This document shows positions 1 through 12,226 of a DNA stretch of 20,000 nucleotides, in pieces. The notes beneath the pieces were generated by a model. It ran no database searches, was not told where the DNA came from, and saw only the letters and a list, made by a program, of their open reading frames with translations. Origin of the DNA: Chiloscyllium plagiosum (lineage: Eukaryota); the NCBI RefSeq assembly GCF_004010195.1, contig NC_057720.1, positions 22,507,914-22,527,913 on the forward strand, read 5' to 3'. The position numbers and the translations under genes are program-made. Positions within the stretch are counted from its first letter, which is position 1; each line of letters starts with the position of its first letter.

Positions 1-1825
1 AACTAAGATAGTAAATAAATATTTACACCTGACACAAAGGTTCATGAGAATCTAAGTGCCACCTTAAAGCAAAAATAGCTACAAGACATGTATTACTCCT
101 TAAAATTCATTTGCTTTTTATATAACTTTCTGCCTGTCATTAGACCTCATGCCCCTCCAAGATTCATTGTCATATTAAGACTCTGTACTCAACAGACCCC
201 AAGTTCATGAAACAATATTGTGGCTTCAAAAACCTGCCTGCTCTTCACCTAGAAGTGAACAAGTGGAAAATTGGAACGACTGACTTTCATATTTTCATCA
301 GCCTACTACCATGACAAATCTGGATGGTTACAGGATGCATATTAATCCATAATGTCAACAAAGCAAAAGCACATAGCATCTTATCATTAGATTGAGGCCT
401 ACACTTACCATTTGATAACTACTGAGTCAATGCAACAATTCATGTAATTAGACTGTTGTTAGATGCAATTTTTTTTGTAGGTTGTCATCAGAAAAAAACT
501 GCCATATTTTCCACCACGCTGATAATAATCACAAATAGAATTGTAATCGGTTAAAATTCAAAGCAGCTAGATGCTATTGTTTCACCATTTCACAGACCTT
601 CTGGATTGGTAAAGATTTTTGATTTGTCCTACATCTTAGTAATGACAATTTCACAGAACATATTGTCAACATAATTTAGTATAGCACTTTAGACATTTGT
701 GTGATATACTTTTAGGCCTCAATTGCATGATAAATGTGCAGTTTAAAATGAGTGGCTATTATGAAGTTTTGCTAAAAAGATAAGTTTTAATGTAAAAGAA
801 ATCAATGGTGATTACATTTTAAGATAAAGTTATTCTATACTCTTGCACTGACACAAAGCGATTTTGGACAGAGAATATGTAAAGCACACTATTAGCCAAG
901 CAGTACCAGAATCTCTTCTAGTGTTCTCTTTACACTGCTTTGAATTTCAATAATTTTACTGTGAAATCAGAGTTGGGAAAATTCACATTTTAAAAGTGCA
1001 TGAAAATCCACTTTTAAATCCACGAAAGTCCTTGAAACGTTTATCTAAATGAAAAGAATTTACGTGAAATCTGTTTCAACACTTTTTGGAGTTAGATTTC
1101 TTTATCCCAATGTTAAAAATTAGCAACTGGAGAAATGGACCTCTGTTCCTGTATTATAGCTATATGCACAGATTTCTTTATCTATTCTGCCATCTGTGCA
1201 TCACAGCTGGCAACGATGGATCTCAGATTGTAACTACTGTATAACTACAGTCTTAAGTGACCGGAAGAGAAAAGCACATGCATCTGTCTTTTCTGATCTT
1301 CCAAAATGTCAGCGGTATTGGGAGATTGGTCATATGCGTGTATATATAGCGCTTTGCTTTGTGTGACAATACTGTTATACACATGCAAGTTTCATGAAAG
1401 AGGAAATCAAACAAAAGAAAATGATTCAAATTTAATACATACACCCAGCAACTATATTATAGTATTTATCTAAAAGACGTAAAAGCATAAGGACATCCTA
1501 AAACAGGCTCAATTAAATGTATCTGTGATCTGATATAATTTGCGGCTATTAGCACAATTCTAAACAATTAAATATATAATGATTAGATAATTAGGAGATC
1601 TGTTTCTTCCTAACTCCTGTACAAATACAATGAGAGAAAATTGTGATTAATTGAAGGCAAATTTTTTTGTCAACCACAAAGTGGTTAGATTTGCAGTGCA
1701 TTGTTTAACATGCAGAAAATGACAATTGTTGATAGAAGTGCAAAATGAAACTCCTGGCAGTTTGCAGAACTTTGCATGACTTTACAGTTTGACTACTGTT
1801 ACAAAAGCAAGAGTGCAAAATATAC

Positions 1826-2022
1826 CTTAAACCTCCCAAATACTCGTGTTTTTCAAATATTGTGATGTCTGAATAGCCCAATCGAGCTAAAAAAGAAGCA
1901 CAACTGATACTGGCAGGTCCACATCCGATCAGGGCTATTTTAGCATGGAAGCTCTCAGGTAATTCTTCAGAAGGTGGAAGTGATGAATTACGAATCTGAC
2001 GAATTTTCATCTCTTTGAACAC
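1826..2022 (-). CDS. DPYD: Dihydropyrimidine dehydrogenase internal exon (equivalent to human exon 6), start of FAD-binding domain
   Basis: Translates [65 protein letters not shown] plus a split codon AG, matching human [66 protein letters not shown]. Acceptor TTAG| (AG at 2023-2024) after a pyrimidine tract; donor AG|GTATAT (GT at 1824-1825); 197 nt, the length of human exon 6. Confidence 0.98.
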
Positions 2023-3139
2023 CTAAGTATAGAAAAGAACAAAACACTAAAATTAATAATGTGTTTTGTTCTGTTTCATCAAAAGACATTTGAAAAACTA
2101 ATCATCCTCAATGGTTTTGTAAGAACGGCACTGATTGAATATATGTCTGAATATTGCAAATTATGGAATAACTGATTGAACATATCGTGTTAAGCATGCA
2201 TTCCATGTCTATTGCTCATTCACATTCACATACAGACAAACCAATCAATTATGGAAAAATATTTTGGTGAGCAACTTTGTAGGTATCATCATATTAGTGT
2301 CTCCAAAACTATTGATTCACTTTAAAGGTTAAACATCAGAGGTCAAAAGGCTTTGAAGTAACCTCATGCATGTAAATTATGCTTTGAATGTTGAGTTCAG
2401 GGAACAAGCAGCAACATCTAAGTACTAAGCATGAAAGAGCTATTTGATCTCAGTGAACAAAGCATCCATGTTATCCTCACCTCCCCAGTAATAGCATGTT
2501 TCACCAGATTCTAATCGAGAGGTTTCTATTCCTCTGGGGAACATGATGTTAATTTCTTCATCTTGATAATTCCATTAGTGGTGGTACTGAGGTACAGGTT
2601 GATTGGAACTAAGTGAGTCTGTCAAACAGCATGTAAACCCTCTGTGACAATGAGCAGCTACAAAGGCGACTATGTGTCCAGAAGAGCTCTCAAACTGCAG
2701 TTATGTTAACACTTCTGTGTCAGTGAAATGTAAATTTTGGTGTGTATTGTCATTAATGTGGCAACATAAATTGGGAATAAGTTTTAAAATTGGACACTCT
2801 ACAGTGCCTGAAGCAAAAATTATGACACTCTGTTGCAAGCAGTCTAGCACCTGTAAAAGCATATTTCAAAAGTTCTTGGGTAGTTCCAGTTAGGTTCTGG
2901 ACAAAACTGAAACTTGTGTACTTACTATATTGAAAATTAACATCAGGGTACAGTAATCCAACTATTGGCATATAAGCCATCTAGGATTCTCCAGTTACAA
3001 AGTTCAGTGTGAGATACAGTCAGTAATGTAACTGAGCATAAAATAATAGGCATTGCACTAAGAACAGTGTGATAGAATTGCAAACTTAAACCCGTTTCAC
3101 TGTTTCAATAAATATTTACCTTGATTATATTAAAAGGCA

Positions 3140-3368
3140 ATAACCAGCATTTAAATATTGCCTTTAATGTAGCAAGGGACTTCACAGGAGGGTGATCAGT
3201 CAAAATGTGTCACCACGGGAAGGTGATCCATCAAAATGTGTCACTGAGCCATGTAAAACTGAATTAAGAGAGGTGACCAAAAGCTTGTTTCAAAGAGGTA
3301 GACTTCAAATGGTATCTCTGTTAGTGGAGCGAGAGGTAGAGAGGTTTAAAGAGAAATTCCAGAATTTG
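3140..3368 (-). mobile_element. Degraded L2-clade LINE 3' end fragment
   Basis: Motifs gcatttaaatattgcctttaatgtag...ggtgaccaaaagcttg..tcaaagaggtag...gagaggtagagaggttta..gaaattccaga resemble the recalled shark L2 tail. Contains a small internal duplication ggtgatc..tcaaaatgtgtcac (about 3191 and 3222). Confidence 0.6.
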
Positions 3369-3387
3369 CTGTCTTGTGATTTTTGCT

Positions 3388-3574
3388 AGTCACACAACAC
3401 CAGGTTATAGTCCAACAAGTTTATTTGGAATCTTTCAGAGCTCTGCTCCTTTGTCATGTGAAGGGACACTGGTCTGAAAGCTTATGGTTTCAAATAAACC
3501 TGCTGGACTATAACCTGGTGTTGTGTGACTTCTGACCTTGTCTAACCCCAGTTCAACACCAGCACTCTCCACAC
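3388..3574. mobile_element. Penelope-like terminal (pseudo-LTR) fragment, fold-back palindrome, family A
   Basis: Inverted arms agtcacacaacaccaggttatagtcca (from 3388) and tggactataacctggtgttgtgtgact (to 3530), plus a ~44-nt unpaired tail on the right. Same arm sequence as 11896-12067. Decayed hammerhead-like centre (...GAAAGCTT at 3476-3483). Confidence 0.75.
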
Positions 3575-6500
3575 TGTTTTTTTTTGGATAAAGCTTAATG
3601 CACCAAATTGTTTTGACAACATTTTTAGGTAATATATACTAGCTTTGATATTTTGAAGTTTTGAAAATAGTCAACAAAGAAGTATTGATAAAAATCAAGT
3701 GCTATTCCACTTTTCATGTTCTTTATATGATTATGAAGTCAGGAAATGTATTCTCAAAAAAAAGCTAACTTTTTTCAGTTGTAGGTGCTCATCTAGTCAT
3801 AAACTCTTCTTATTCTTTGAATTTATTTCTACACTAGGGATTAAATGTCAGATAGCAATTCAACCACACTTTTCAGCATCATACTTGAATACGTCTGTGT
3901 TTAGCTATTAAAATGCAATTGCATTACTGAAATATATTGTGGTGTTAGGAAGACAAGACTGGATATACAGGTGCCAATCAGTATGGAAGTAGAGAGATCT
4001 GAAACTTTGTCACATAGCGTACATGCTGTTTTGCCTACGCTATCCTACCTCTGGGTCATTTTCCTGGATGCAACATTGTGATACATATGGGAAGAATCTT
4101 ATGTTTTCTCGTTAAGTATGAATCATGTCAAGTTTGATGGTATGAAACTTGCTGTGGGGCTGAGCAAGTTGTCTCAGTCTCTATTACCAAACCAACACAA
4201 CTGTAATTCCGTAAATGTGTGAACAGATGTCCAGTGCATAATTAAGATTGTGTGTATTATTTCTCTTTGTAGGTTTCTGCCTTTTTAAACAAATATGAAA
4301 GTAAAGGGCAGTGCAGTGTTTGCTTATTTCTTTTGCTGGTTTTACTTCTCTCTCACTATATCTTGGCCCCCTTTTTTGGTTGTGTTTCCCTTCATTTTTC
4401 ACGTTGTCACTCCTTTAATAGCCCAGTTTCCTTGGAAAATGTTACTTTAAGAATTGTAGGCTTCTAATTTAAGAATTGCAGACTTATCATTGCAGTTTAT
4501 GCCTGTTAGTGGTGTTCATGCCAAATAAGGAATGATGACATCACATGAGCTTTTTTTAAATTTTACTGCTAATCTGAAGGAAGAAAATGGCAGAGCCAGG
4601 TAATGTCGGAACATTACAAAACTTCTTCATATAGAAAATCAAGCTTTTTGTATTTTAAAACTATATTTTTTTTAGGAGCACTGTGGAGCTGTGCAATTAG
4701 GACCTTTGAACTGACGATTTTATAAAATCTTAACTGCAGGCTCTTGTTTCATTTCAAGAGAATTGCATGCTCACTGCGTAACCTTTAGTATTGCTTGCAT
4801 TTGTAAATTCAATTGTTTTACTTTTAAGCAAAGACACTTTTTTTATTTTACCTTGGATGTTAATGAAATTGAAATTAGCCCTATCTTTTTGCAAGTCTGC
4901 TCCATCTTTCAATCTCTACAGTTGTCCGTGCTCACAGAAACTAATGCTGCTGATTATCCAATTTCTCAGATCCATGACTATTGTTCAGTTCGTCTTCAAT
5001 TAGTTCTCCAAATATCTACCAAGATTTTGAGTCAGCTATTTTTGCCTCTAGCAGGATATTTCATGTAATGTATCAACACTTGCGTTCTCCCCATAACATA
5101 AGTATCTAGGCATGAATAACATGATGTTGAAGAATCCAACAGACATTTATCACAACTCAACATTATATACAATCATTATATTTTTTGAGTACATCAGCAA
5201 CTGGGTTAAACTCAAGATATTAGCAACAACAAATAAGAATGCTTGTGGTAGCATATCATTGCTTTGTGTGATCTCTGAGTAAGTCTTTTGAGAGTTTGAG
5301 ACTTTTATACATTCTATGATCTAGTGACGATATTCTGATCATGTTTGTTACAGGTGCACTAACATACTGACTGTGAAACACAATGATAACTGGGGATCAC
5401 ATTTGTCATAATTGGAGTTCCTCATGATCAATAATACTTGCCATATTTGTACGATTTGCTGGTCCCTAAAACTAGGCCTCAGATTACTTGGTCTTTTCCT
5501 AAGTGTAGCCAGTAGCCTCCTGTCACTTATCCTGGTAATCACATGTCCCAAGTGTCTGTGTTTGTTCTGGGCAGGGCTAGAGTTCGGCACAAAGATGGAG
5601 TGCATTTTTGAGCAGTATCCTGTGAGAATTACGTTAGCCTGTTTTTCATGCTTGACTCTTTCACGCCATTCTCCACAAACCAGCAAGTGGAATGGTAACT
5701 TGAACATTCTGGAGCATTCAAGATCCTTGCATTTTTTTGACATTTATTACAAATGACTGAATGTAGAGCCATAGCAGACTATGTGGAGAAGCTACAGCTC
5801 CATGAGAAAATAGCGATTGATAGCCTTAAGTATAATCCACAAATGTAGTATATCGAATCAAGTAATGAAACTAAAATGCTTCATTACTAATCCTTTCTAG
5901 TTTTAAGAGAACTACAAACCTTATTATAAGACAGACTAAAGTCACAAATCAAGTCCAAGTTATTACTTGTACTTCTTCTCTAAACACTATTCATTTTGCT
6001 ATTGGATGTATCACAACTATGACACCTATTATAAGCCTAATCTTCTTTCTTTATGTAAGCCTATATTTCTAATACTGAATCTGACATTTATCATGCAGAC
6101 GGACTAGCTGCACAATAGGCAGCCACAATCATCACTACTTTACCGGTATTAGGTGACAGACGTTCACTGTCAAAAGCACCACATCTGCAATAACAGACAC
6201 CCTACAGTTGTCATTAATACTATCACTGGTTTTGGTGCGAGGTACTCCATCACATGTTATGTCAGTATGTTCTGCAAAAGCCTATCTTTTTCCTCTGCCA
6301 TCATTAATATAAGACTAAATAAATATGCTGAACCTTGCCATAAGCTAGTACAAGATTCATACAGAGAGTTTTCATTATGATCTTCATTTAAATGTGCAGA
6401 GCCTTCTAAACAGCAGAAATTCTGTAGAAGTTGAAGTAATCTCTAAAAGCACTGTATAATTTACTGTGAAGGAAGCTCTTGTCAAAATAAAGCAGGGTCT

Positions 6501-7554
6501 AAATTACTTTTGGTGATTATTAATATATGAGTGCTTAATGTGTTCCAACTAAATGATTTGGCACAGGCTTTAACCAGTTTATTTTGAATGCATTAGTGTC
6601 TCCATTAAAATAGAAAGATAAATTTGGTTGAATGTGATAAGCAATTCGTTTGTGGACATTAATTTCTATCTTATAGCACACAATAGTTTGCTTCATGAAG
6701 CCAAACAGAAAGTACTAGTTATGTCTAGATACTCTGGTTAGGCTGGCTGCTCAGCAATTTCACAATATTAATTCCAGCATTGTGATTATAGTCCATATAG
6801 TGGTTACAAGTATTTTGATTGTGTTAGCCAGCAAATCCAGATTATTTCAACAAATGCTTACCAGAAGTAGATAAGAGTATGTTTTTTCTCCACAACCCAA
6901 GAGTTATCTTAACTTTCACAAACATTCACAATCCATTTCACTCTCTGTGCAATTGTCAAAAAGGAATATGTTTTCACCACATCATTCCTCAGGGTACAGT
7001 AATTTACTTTTAGATTTTATTTTAAACAAGTCAGAAGGAAATACACACAATCAATGCTGATCCATTAGCCAACTGTCAAAAATTGATCAATCAGGAAAAA
7101 TAATTGTCAGAATTCTTTTCTTAAATATTAACTCCATAAAGCCACTGTTTGATTAGATCTGGCCATTCCAGAAAGAAATATATATTAATAAAGCAATGTT
7201 GTCTCCTACATTTTATATCTGCTTCACTAAACAGGTGAGCCATTTTTTATGAAGCATATTAAATGTACATATGGTATCTGTTCCAACAATGTAGCTCTTT
7301 AGAATAAATAGCATGAAATGAAACCAACACACAGTAAATACTTAATGCTGCTAAATCAGAATGCATGACACAAAATTTTATCAGAAAATGTCCAGTGCTT
7401 TCATGACATGAAAGTCACTGTTTTTGTTCAATTCAGTGATCGGCTATATTAAAAACATGATTCTTAATTCATGGAATATAAATTTATTATAATATCAATT
7501 CATAAATGTTCACTGAATAATGATATTTACAATGGTGGGATACTCTTTACGTAC

Positions 7555-7716
7555 CTCTATGGCAAACTGTTGTAATCCACCTATGTTAATCGCTCCTTCT
7601 TCAGTTGCATGTAAATTGCACCCTCCCACACAGAGGTCAGAGGTTGGGCATACCATCCCACAAGTTAGACCAAGGGGGTTGTCAGACAGAATAGTTTTGG
7701 CAGCTCCATAGTAGTT
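7555..7716 (-). CDS. DPYD: Dihydropyrimidine dehydrogenase internal exon (equivalent to human exon 5), N-terminal 4Fe-4S domain
   Basis: Translates [54 protein letters not shown] (54 aa). Acceptor ATAG| (AG at 7717-7718) with upstream CTAAT branch-like motif; donor GAG|GTACGT (GT at 7553-7554); 162 nt, phase 0/0, joins in frame to the exon at 2022. Confidence 0.98.
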
Positions 7717-7909
7717 CTATTAATTAAGCAACATATAAAACAATAAAATTAGCTGATCAAGCATAAATGGTCTGAGTAAACATATCAACCTACTGTTCAT
7801 TAATAACATTTAAATCAAAGAAAGGTATCTTATGAGAACATCAGGAAAAAAAAGTTGCTATTTACAGAGTAAAGATTTGTTTTAAAAGCTGTACCAGAAC
7901 ATGAAGGTA

Positions 7910-8085
7910 AGAAGTTGCAGTCATCCAACAAGACCATAGACTGCTCTCGCATTAGAGAAAGAGAACAGGTGGTGGTTTAATGTGAGGGTTACCATCCCTC
8001 AGGCAAGAGGAGAGGTTGAGAGGGAAAGTCTTTTGTGGTACTCTCAGCTGATGCAGGAATTGAAATGAGCATCACTTTGCATCAT
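7910..8085 (-). mobile_element. Degraded shark tRNA-derived SINE fragment
   Basis: gaccatagactgctctc.cattagaga...ggtggtggtttaa..tgagggttacca..cctcaggc.agaggagaggttgaga...caggaattgaa resembles a recalled common shark SINE; ggaattgaa is a B-box-like motif on the minus strand. Confidence 0.5.
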
Positions 8086-8866
8086 AATTTGAAATGAACA
8101 TGGTCAAAAACAAATTAAGAAGACAACCAGATAGGTTTATATACCAAAATGCAACATAAATACAGGTGTACATATCCTCACATATATATTAAAATGTATT
8201 TATGTTGAAGATGGTAGAATCCATATTTATACCCTTGTAAAACATTTCAGTGATGGCATATTTTGTTCCAAGGTTGGCACTGACTTACATCAACATTACA
8301 ACTGCCACACATGCCAGCTGCTTACATGCCAAATACACGACTTGTTTTTTCAAATAAATGGTGAGATGTCAAAGTCAAAGGGGCAAAACCCTGAATAGGG
8401 TGAAAATTGACTCTGGTTGGTTAGGGGTGCTGCCACAGTTAGCTCATCCCATTACACTTCTGCAGGGGGTTGGTGACAGTCAGTGCCAGCAGAGCAGTGT
8501 AGGTCAGTCGAGGTGTTCTGAATACATCCGTCTGGGGGCTTGCTGGATTTCCCTACAATGAAGCAAAGGGAAGTTTGGGATGATGAATGGTTGTGATCCC
8601 TGGAACAAACATGACACATGCAATACTGAGTTCATGAGCCTTGGGGAGATGCATGTGCAGTGGCAGAACATGAAGTAGTCCTGTTCTACACATAAACTAG
8701 GTCATGCAAATTCTTCCAGGCTATACAAATTGATCCAAACTTCCTACTTCATGCAGTTGCAATACTGTTGGTGTTGCACCCAGTGCATTTTCCTTAGAAA
8801 GGTGTCCTTTGTATTGAAGTGCAGGATGTATCAGGATATATATCACAGGACAAATAGATTCACATA

Positions 8867-9210
8867 ATAGAGTCATAAAGTCGTAGAGTTACACAGCATG
8901 GAAACAGACCCTTCGGTCCAACTAGCCCAAGCCGAACATAATCTCAAACTAAACTAAACACCTGCCTCCAAACCTTTCCTTTTAATGTATTTATCCAAAT
9001 GTCTTTTCAACATTGCAATTGTACATCCACCACTTCCTCAGGAAGTTCATTCGTCCTGTGTAAACAATTTGCCCCCCATACCTTTTTAAATCTCTCTCCT
9101 CTCACCTTAACAACGTGCTCTCTACTCTTGAAATCCCCCACCTAGGGAAAAGTCACCTACCATCAACCCTATCTATACCCCTCATGATTTTGTAAACTTC
9201 TATAAGGTCA
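8867..9210 (-). mobile_element. 5'-truncated CR1/HER1-type LINE 3' end
   Basis: Minus strand encodes DLIEVYKIMRGIDRVDGR*LFPR (CR1 ORF2 C-terminus) and ends in the 3'UTR ...ggaccgaagggtctgtttccatgctgtg... with gactctat-type terminal repeats; cataat occurs at both edges. Confidence 0.85.
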
Positions 9211-11160
9211 TAATATTTTGATCACATCTCTTCTTAAAAACTAAAATATTGATACATGCACGTAACAATGGAATTACATCATATTGTAAGACTCGTGAGT
9301 GATCTGCGACCATTATTGCCGTAATTGAGAATTGTTTATTCTTACGATTGGAAATATTTGGATAATAAGGTGATTTTCATTTTTTGTAAAGAGACAAACT
9401 TACACGTACATCTCTTAGGGAACACAAACGTAAATGCTAAGGATCAGTGTTAGTTTTTCATGGCAGTAATAGGTCAAGTTCCATATTAAATTTCTGAAGG
9501 TAAAGCATATGCCTTTCAAGAAGCAAAGAGCCTAAGAGTATGATGGTAAAGTTTAGGAAATGAACTTTGAGAGTAAGGTAGTGCATGTATGGAAACATTA
9601 ATATATCTGTAAATTGTGCGCCCCCAGCGAAATGGGTTATCGAAAGAAATAAAGAGCTGTAACGCTGAAGCTGAGTGTGTTTGTTAATCGGCTGGGAAAG
9701 GTCTGAAGATGGAAAGATATAGCCCAAGATGGAAAAATTAAAGTGTATGACATCAGTGTTCAATTGACACTTCTGAATAACACTGAACATTGATTCTAAC
9801 AAAAGAACATAAGGTAAGCTGAGAGCTTTGAAATGTATTATATAAGTGAAATACTAGGTGATCTGAGAGTGATGTACACTAAATTAATTAAGTTAACCTT
9901 CTGCACAGTAATTATATTTCAAAGATTGAAATAAAACAGTGCTTGTGTGGCATGGCTAAAGATTGCTACCTTCTGAGGCAAATTGAATTGGTTTCATGTG
10001 GCAAAAACAGCTTCCAAGTCCAAAGAGAAGTTAGGGCTGATACAGGAAGACTCAAAAAGAAAAAGAGTCAAAATAGCAGGATAGCAATGGCAGACCTTCG
10101 TGATAAGAATAGTAAACAGCTGTGTTACATTTCACTGACAAGATAGTTGGAACGTCTGATGGTTACAATACTTTATTCCTCAATGCTTTACATTCGTAAT
10201 CGTGCTGAATATCTGTTCAATTGTTTCATCGACAGATCTATCATAAAATCCAATACTTCTTTCACAGAAAAAAGGATTAAAAAAAAAACATTTGGTTCAT
10301 CATTGAAGTGAAGAGATAAGGCAAGTCTGAGGTTCAATTCCTTATTAATACCAAATCTCAGTTGGGATGTGCTTGAGGCACTGTCATTGCCCCGGGCATC
10401 CCTGGTTTACAATATTTCTATTGTTACAGAAATATCATTTATTACAATTAAAAATTAAAATGTATTTTAATTCTTCAAAAAATTAGCTGGTTGTTTTCAT
10501 TATGTTGAATTTTCCTTTCAACATTTAAATGACTTTATTTTTAAAAAGCATGGAATTCCATCAACAGGGGGCCCTTATGTTAATTGGATGTTAAAATTCT
10601 TCTTGGAATTATATCAAAAACCATTGTCAATTTGTCTCACTTTGATCAACTGCAAAAGATATTTGGTTACAGCTAAAATAAGTCACAGTCAGGTAAGATG
10701 AGGATTTTAAACTTTTGATTGAAGAGATAGCTTTCTACATGTGAAAACAAAATCAAATTTACCAGAAATCAAAGTCAGAAATACTACTAATGGTCAACGG
10801 TTTGCTCATTAACATGAAAATAAATTATAACCAACCTAAAACTACAGCACTGTATGAAAATAGTAATGGGTCATAAAATAAATTCCACATAGCAAGGCAA
10901 AAAAGATTCCCAAGAAGCAATCAACTATCTTACTTTTTTAAAATCATCAAAGTAATAGCTTTTTGCCTTTTGTAAGCTTACATTACCTATCTTTGATGGT
11001 TACATTCTCTCAACAAAAGTCTTGTCCTCTTTAATTTATTTGATCTCATCTCAAGCTTTAATAATTCTTCCATGTAATTTTTTCTAAGAAGCTCAGATTT
11101 ACCTTGCATTCTGACACTTATTTTCCCTGCACAGTCTGTAATGCCAAATTCTGTCCAAGG

Positions 11161-11895
11161 TTTTTTTTTACTTCATTCTTGGATCATGCATATCACTGAC
11201 ATGCCTCTATTGTCCATCTTTATTTGCTGAGAAGGTAGCAATGGGCCTTCATCTTAGGGCTGCGTAGTGGCTCAGTGACTAGCACTCCTGCCTCATAGCA
11301 CCATGGACCTGGATTTGATCCCACTCCTGAGCAACTGTCAGTATGGAGCTTCCACATTCTCCCTGAGTCTGCATGGGTTTCCTCCGGGTGCTCTGGTTTT
11401 CTCCCACAGTCTAAAGGAATGGAGGTTAGGTGGATTAGCCATGCTAAATTGTCCATAGTCCCTATTATGCAGGATAGGTGGTTTAGCCATGGCAAATGCA
11501 GAGTGACAGGGATGGGGTGGGTCTGGGTGGGATGCTCTTTGAAGAGTCGCTGTGGACCTCGATGGGCCGAATGGCCTTCCACACTGTAGGGATTTTATGA
11601 TTTTATGTCACTGTGCAGTGGTTTAAGAAGTGAATGGCTTGATGGGTCAAGTCAGATTGCACTTAAAATCGACTGCACTTTAGTGGGCGTGGAGTCACAC
11701 TAAGTTGAAGATTCTTCCAATAAAAAGGCAGAGAATAAGATGAGTTTTCAGCTTTCCAGCATCTCTATTGTTGATATTACAAATATGAAGTCTTCATTTT
11801 CAGATTTTATTTCAATTGCTTTCAAATTCTCAAATTTCTCCAATGGCATTTGAACTCACATTCCTTAAATTATTATTTTACTGAACTAATACTTT
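11161..11895 (-). mobile_element. Old degraded tRNA-derived shark SINE, interrupted by the HE1-like SINE and abutting the Penelope-like palindrome
   Basis: Pieces at 11161-11256 and 11608-11895 (gaatggcttg...ggagtcaca...ttcagattttatt...ttcaaattc...ggcatttgaac) are collinear with a recalled shark SINE consensus in reverse orientation; heavily diverged. Confidence 0.45.
11257..11607 (+). mobile_element. HE1-type V-SINE (tRNA head, V domain, CR1/HER1-like tail)
   Basis: A box TGGCTCAGTGA (11268-11278), B box GATTTGATCCC (11312-11322), V-domain GGGTTTCCTCCGGGTGCTCTGGTTTTCTCCCACAGTCTAAAG, tail GATGGGCCGAATGGCC...CACACTGTAGG(GATTTTAT)2. Confidence 0.9.
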
Positions 11896-12097
11896 AAGTT
11901 AAAAATCACACAACACCAGGTTATAATCCAACATATTTATTTGGAAGCACTAGCTTTCAAAGCACTGCTCCTTCATCAACCACTTGATGAAAGAGCAGCG
12001 CTCCAAAAGTTAGAGCTTCCAAATAAATATGTTGGATTATAACCTGGTGTTGTGTGATTTTTAACTTAAAGTATTAGTTCAGTAAAATAATAATTTA
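11866..12097. mobile_element. Penelope-like terminal fragment (family A) forming a 114-bp gapless inverted repeat
   Basis: 11866-11979 pairs with 11984-12097 around a CCAC loop. Outer 83 bp perfect, inner 31 bp with 7 mismatches. Arms homologous to 3388-3530; hammerhead-like TTGATGA...GAAA centre. Confidence 0.85.
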
Positions 12098-12134
12098 GCG
12101 AGACAGAGAGAAAGCCAGAGAGAGTGGGATGGAG

Positions 12135-12226
12135 AACAGGGACTAGATTGAGTTGGGATATCTGGTCGGCATGGACAGGTTGGACTGAAGGCTCTGTTTC
12201 CATGCTGTACATCTCTATGACTCTAT
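12135..12226 (+). mobile_element. CR1/HER1-type LINE 3' tail fragment
   Basis: ctggtcggcatggacaggttggactgaaggctctgtttccatgctgtacatctctatgactctat; homologous to the reverse complement of 8867-8935. Confidence 0.85.

Larger units (their letters stand above)
2023..7554 (-). other. DPYD: DPYD intron 5 (GT-AG, 5532 nt)
   Basis: Bounded by the donor at 7553-7554 and the acceptor at 2023-2024. Confidence 0.93.

Noticed and set aside
1705..1825. C-terminal extension of the 105-aa track ORF (RYILHSCFC...)
   Set aside because: Read-through past the GT donor at 1824-1825; DPYD similarity stops there, and the ORF 'start' is the internal GTG (Val) codon.
4446..4486. Short tandem duplication tttaagaattg(t/c)ag(g/a)ctt x2
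   Set aside because: Two-copy local slippage in AT-rich intron; no array or CRISPR-like structure.
5348..5756. Overlapping 131-aa (-) and 114-aa (+) ORFs as a nested gene or alternative terminal DPYD exon
   Set aside because: No recognisable domain, and the nearest minus-strand AG (5757-5758) is out of frame with the ORF for a phase-0 join to exon 5.
7520..7711. 63-aa plus-strand ORF
   Set aside because: Antisense shadow of DPYD exon 5.
9618..9630. CTCF-like motif GCGCCCCCAGCG in a mildly CpG-enriched patch
   Set aside because: Only half of the core matches; the rest needs an indel, so it is unsupported without ChIP or conservation data.
10320..10410. Possible ancient SINE head (ggttcaattcc B-box-like)
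   Set aside because: Too short and diverged to support a call by eye.
11257..11330. tRNA gene candidate (also 15720-15790)
   Set aside because: The A/B boxes belong to SINE heads, are followed by V domain and LINE-like tail, and no intact cloverleaf is evident.
11220..11582. 120-aa ORF, and related ORFs at 15491-15769
   Set aside because: Chance translations of HE1 SINE sequence (LDCGRKPEHPEETHAD is the antisense V domain).
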